From contig CM059432.1 in assembly GCA_030390025.1 (NCBI GenBank), positions 82,276,001-82,340,000 on the forward strand: a stretch of DNA of 64,000 nt. The letters are read 5' to 3'. Every line of letters begins with the position of its first letter. The first letter of the stretch is position 1. This document shows positions 61,511 to 64,000 of the stretch, one piece after another. The translations under genes and the position numbers were made by a program. The DNA is from Squalus acanthias (Eukaryota). The notes below the pieces were generated by a model, which made no database searches, was not told where the DNA came from, and saw only the letters and a list, made by a program, of their open reading frames with translations.

Positions 61511-62506
61511 ATTGCATTTACCATCTGTTAGCACATTTACGAACATTTCTGGTAACATAATTTCTCTAGCTCCACTGCTGTGTCAGGAGGTAAATGCACT
61601 GCCCAGTATGAAACTGAATGGGCTGTTCATGGGTCTGCCATGGGTCTGCTATATTTGGCCGCAACGGCCCTGGACTGAGGCGGGAAAAAAATCAGCCAAT
61701 GTTCTTGCTCCTGATTGCTATCCAGTGAGTTCTACTGGAAAGTGCATATATGTGGATGTCAAGTGAAGACAGGTTCAGGCTCAGATGTGATGTTTACTTT
61801 GGTCAAATAGCTGACTGGTATTTACAGTCTATTTAGGCTTATCCATGAGGAACTGCCAATCAGCTAGCTCCCATGGAATCACACTCCTTCAGGATATTAG
61901 GAAAACTAGACAGGGGAAAATCTCATCACTTCCAGCGCAACCTTACGTTACCCTAAATGTTAAAATCTGTCACTCAAATGGCCCTTTTGGTGTAAATAGC
62001 ACAGTGAGTTCGAAAATGTATCATATCTGTTATTATGGACGAATCTGATCATAGCACCTTTAGAGGTAAACATTTCCCCCATAATATTTGATCTAATGTT
62101 CTAACAATAAAGATACCTACATAACATTTCAAAAATTATTTCCAAGATATTGGGGGAGATTTTCATTTTCTTTTGCCTGGGCACAGCGAATAGAGGAAAA
62201 TTTGTCAGGGTGGATCACATATCTTTAAGAGTGCCGCTTGACTTTCTGTCCATTTAAATCAATGGATGGAAAATTGGATAAGTTTCCTTATGGGTGTGCA
62301 AATCTCCACGCCTGATCAAATACACGCAGGCACAGGGACAGGACAATATGCCCCATTTGGTCACATGTGAGGTACGGGTTCATAATTCAACCTGATCCAT
62401 GAAGGGGTAAAATCATCACAAAGTTTGCACCTATTCTATGGCATAATGCATATTTCTGTTGCTAAAAATAACTTCACGACCCAAAAGGTTAATGTACACA
62501 TCTTAC

Positions 62507-62671
62507 CAGTGTAAATGCTTGCATTAGATGCTGGGATGCCAAACTGAGATTCAATGAACTTGGGAATGAAGGTAATAAAAGCGGTGACGATGGCACTTTC
62601 TGCTGTGTATGACAAGCTCACAAACAGGAATGTCATGTTGCTCAAGATCCTGACAGCTGCTTTGGGAATGT
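62507..62671 (-). CDS. SLCO5A1: SLCO5A1 (OATP5A1) internal coding exon, 165 bp
   Basis: Translates DIPKAAVRILSNMTFLFVSLSYTAESAIVTAFITFIPKFIESQFGIPASNASIYTG, an OATP transmembrane region. Acceptor tttttatag and donor G|gtaaga on the minus strand. Upstream exons are not seen in the window. Confidence 0.95.
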
Positions 62672-64000
62672 CTATAAAAATGACAAGAGAAACACTTTCA
62701 CCATGAATGAACCACAATGGAGAGGAGCACCTACAGACACGGAGAAACTCTACAGCTAATGTAAAGAGGCCCATTCGTACATTGTAAATGGCAATGTGTG
62801 TATTTGTTCTTAAAACAGGTGGAGCATGTAAGCTAGGCAATGTGTGTACTGTTCTCAAAACAGGTGGGACATTTGTACTTTAGCATACAGTTCTATGGAA
62901 TTCTTTTCGAAAGGATACCTCATTCAAACCAACTAAACCAACTAACAACAGACAGTACACACAGGAAACACATTAACTATACTTAGACAAGAGATGGGCT
63001 TAGTCAGATAACATGAGTAGGCAATCACAAGCGTGTTATGTTGGGCCTGCACATTGTCTAAATAATGGTTGTGTTTTCCATTAATATGAATATCAACAAA
63101 CATAACCAGTCATGTTTAGAGCTTAGAACAAGTCAAAAAATAGAACCAGAAATGAAGCAGACTTACCAAGGTTCAAGATAACTTAGCATCTTGTGACATC
63201 TCTGCACATCACTGTATAAAAAGTCATTAGTTCTGTATTATTACCATAGTTGTGTATCAACTGTTCTAATTGAACAATTTAGATCAACCGTTCAATGATG
63301 ATGTTGTGGTTGCTATGGCAACATTTGATGTTGGGCATGGATTTTAGCAGACCATAGATAAATGGAAAGCAGTTTCTGGAGATCAAACATTCAGTATATG
63401 CTATCACACCTATTTAAGTAATTGAAATAGTTCTACAAAAATCATTTGTGATGGGCTGAATATTGCAACCCATGATGTAAATTAACATGCTATTTTATGA
63501 CCAGATCACCTTTTACATTAAACAGAAAGGGTTTAATGTTTTAGGCAACTAGTCAACCAGCAGTGAAATATACTCCATTGGAGCATTATTGACAATACAA
63601 ATCAAATTCCTGGCATGGAGGACACTGTTTCCTTTAGACCTGGAACTCTTTCACAATGAAATGAAAAGAGAAATAACTCACTTTTACACATAACATTCAA
63701 AACTCTTTGAATAAAGATATTCTCTACATATCATGGGTGCGAAGGCAGTCTAACACACAGAAGTCAAAATAAATGTCTACCTTTTTAAGAGATCTCGTAC
63801 CTGCACTACAGTTCCCTTCTAGTGCTGCATACTTTGTGCCCCAAGTGGCTATCTGACTTTTCAACCAGCCTCCGTCACACAAGGATAAGTGAAATCTACC
63901 CACCCTGTTTAATCCAATCAGGGATAAACAATTGAATCTTGTTCACCAATAAGCTACTTTTTTATTGACACATTGGCCTCGATATTAACACCCCTAAGAC

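Noticed and set aside
62672..62858. N-terminal extension of ORF 62436-62858 as coding sequence
   Set aside because: OATP similarity starts at the tttttatag acceptor (62672-62673). The upstream part is intronic read-through.

Overview
This window is vertebrate genomic DNA, most likely from a cartilaginous fish judging by its repeat families (inference). It contains the 3' half of SLCO5A1 (OATP5A1) on the minus strand: six coding exons at 62507-62671, 49371-49569, 45919-46078, 43230-43471, 36557-36621 and 19748-20205, all with GT-AG boundaries and consistent phases. The rest is mostly nested transposable elements. These include CR1 LINEs (one near full length with an esterase ORF1), a second CR1-superfamily LINE, L2 and RTE LINEs, DeuSINE/SacSINE1-like SINEs, a decayed two-gene PIF/Harbinger transposon with many related MITEs, Tigger-like and hAT-like MITEs, and Penelope-like elements (PLEs). 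The most striking non-coding signal is a set of minimal hammerhead-ribozyme motifs in the PLE terminal repeats. One of them sits in a perfect 171-bp palindromic mini-element that has a TSD and no coding sequence. Two of the three PLE insertions landed at neighbouring sites of the same SINE family. No prokaryotic-type system is supported, and all family assignments come from motif recognition, not database searches.
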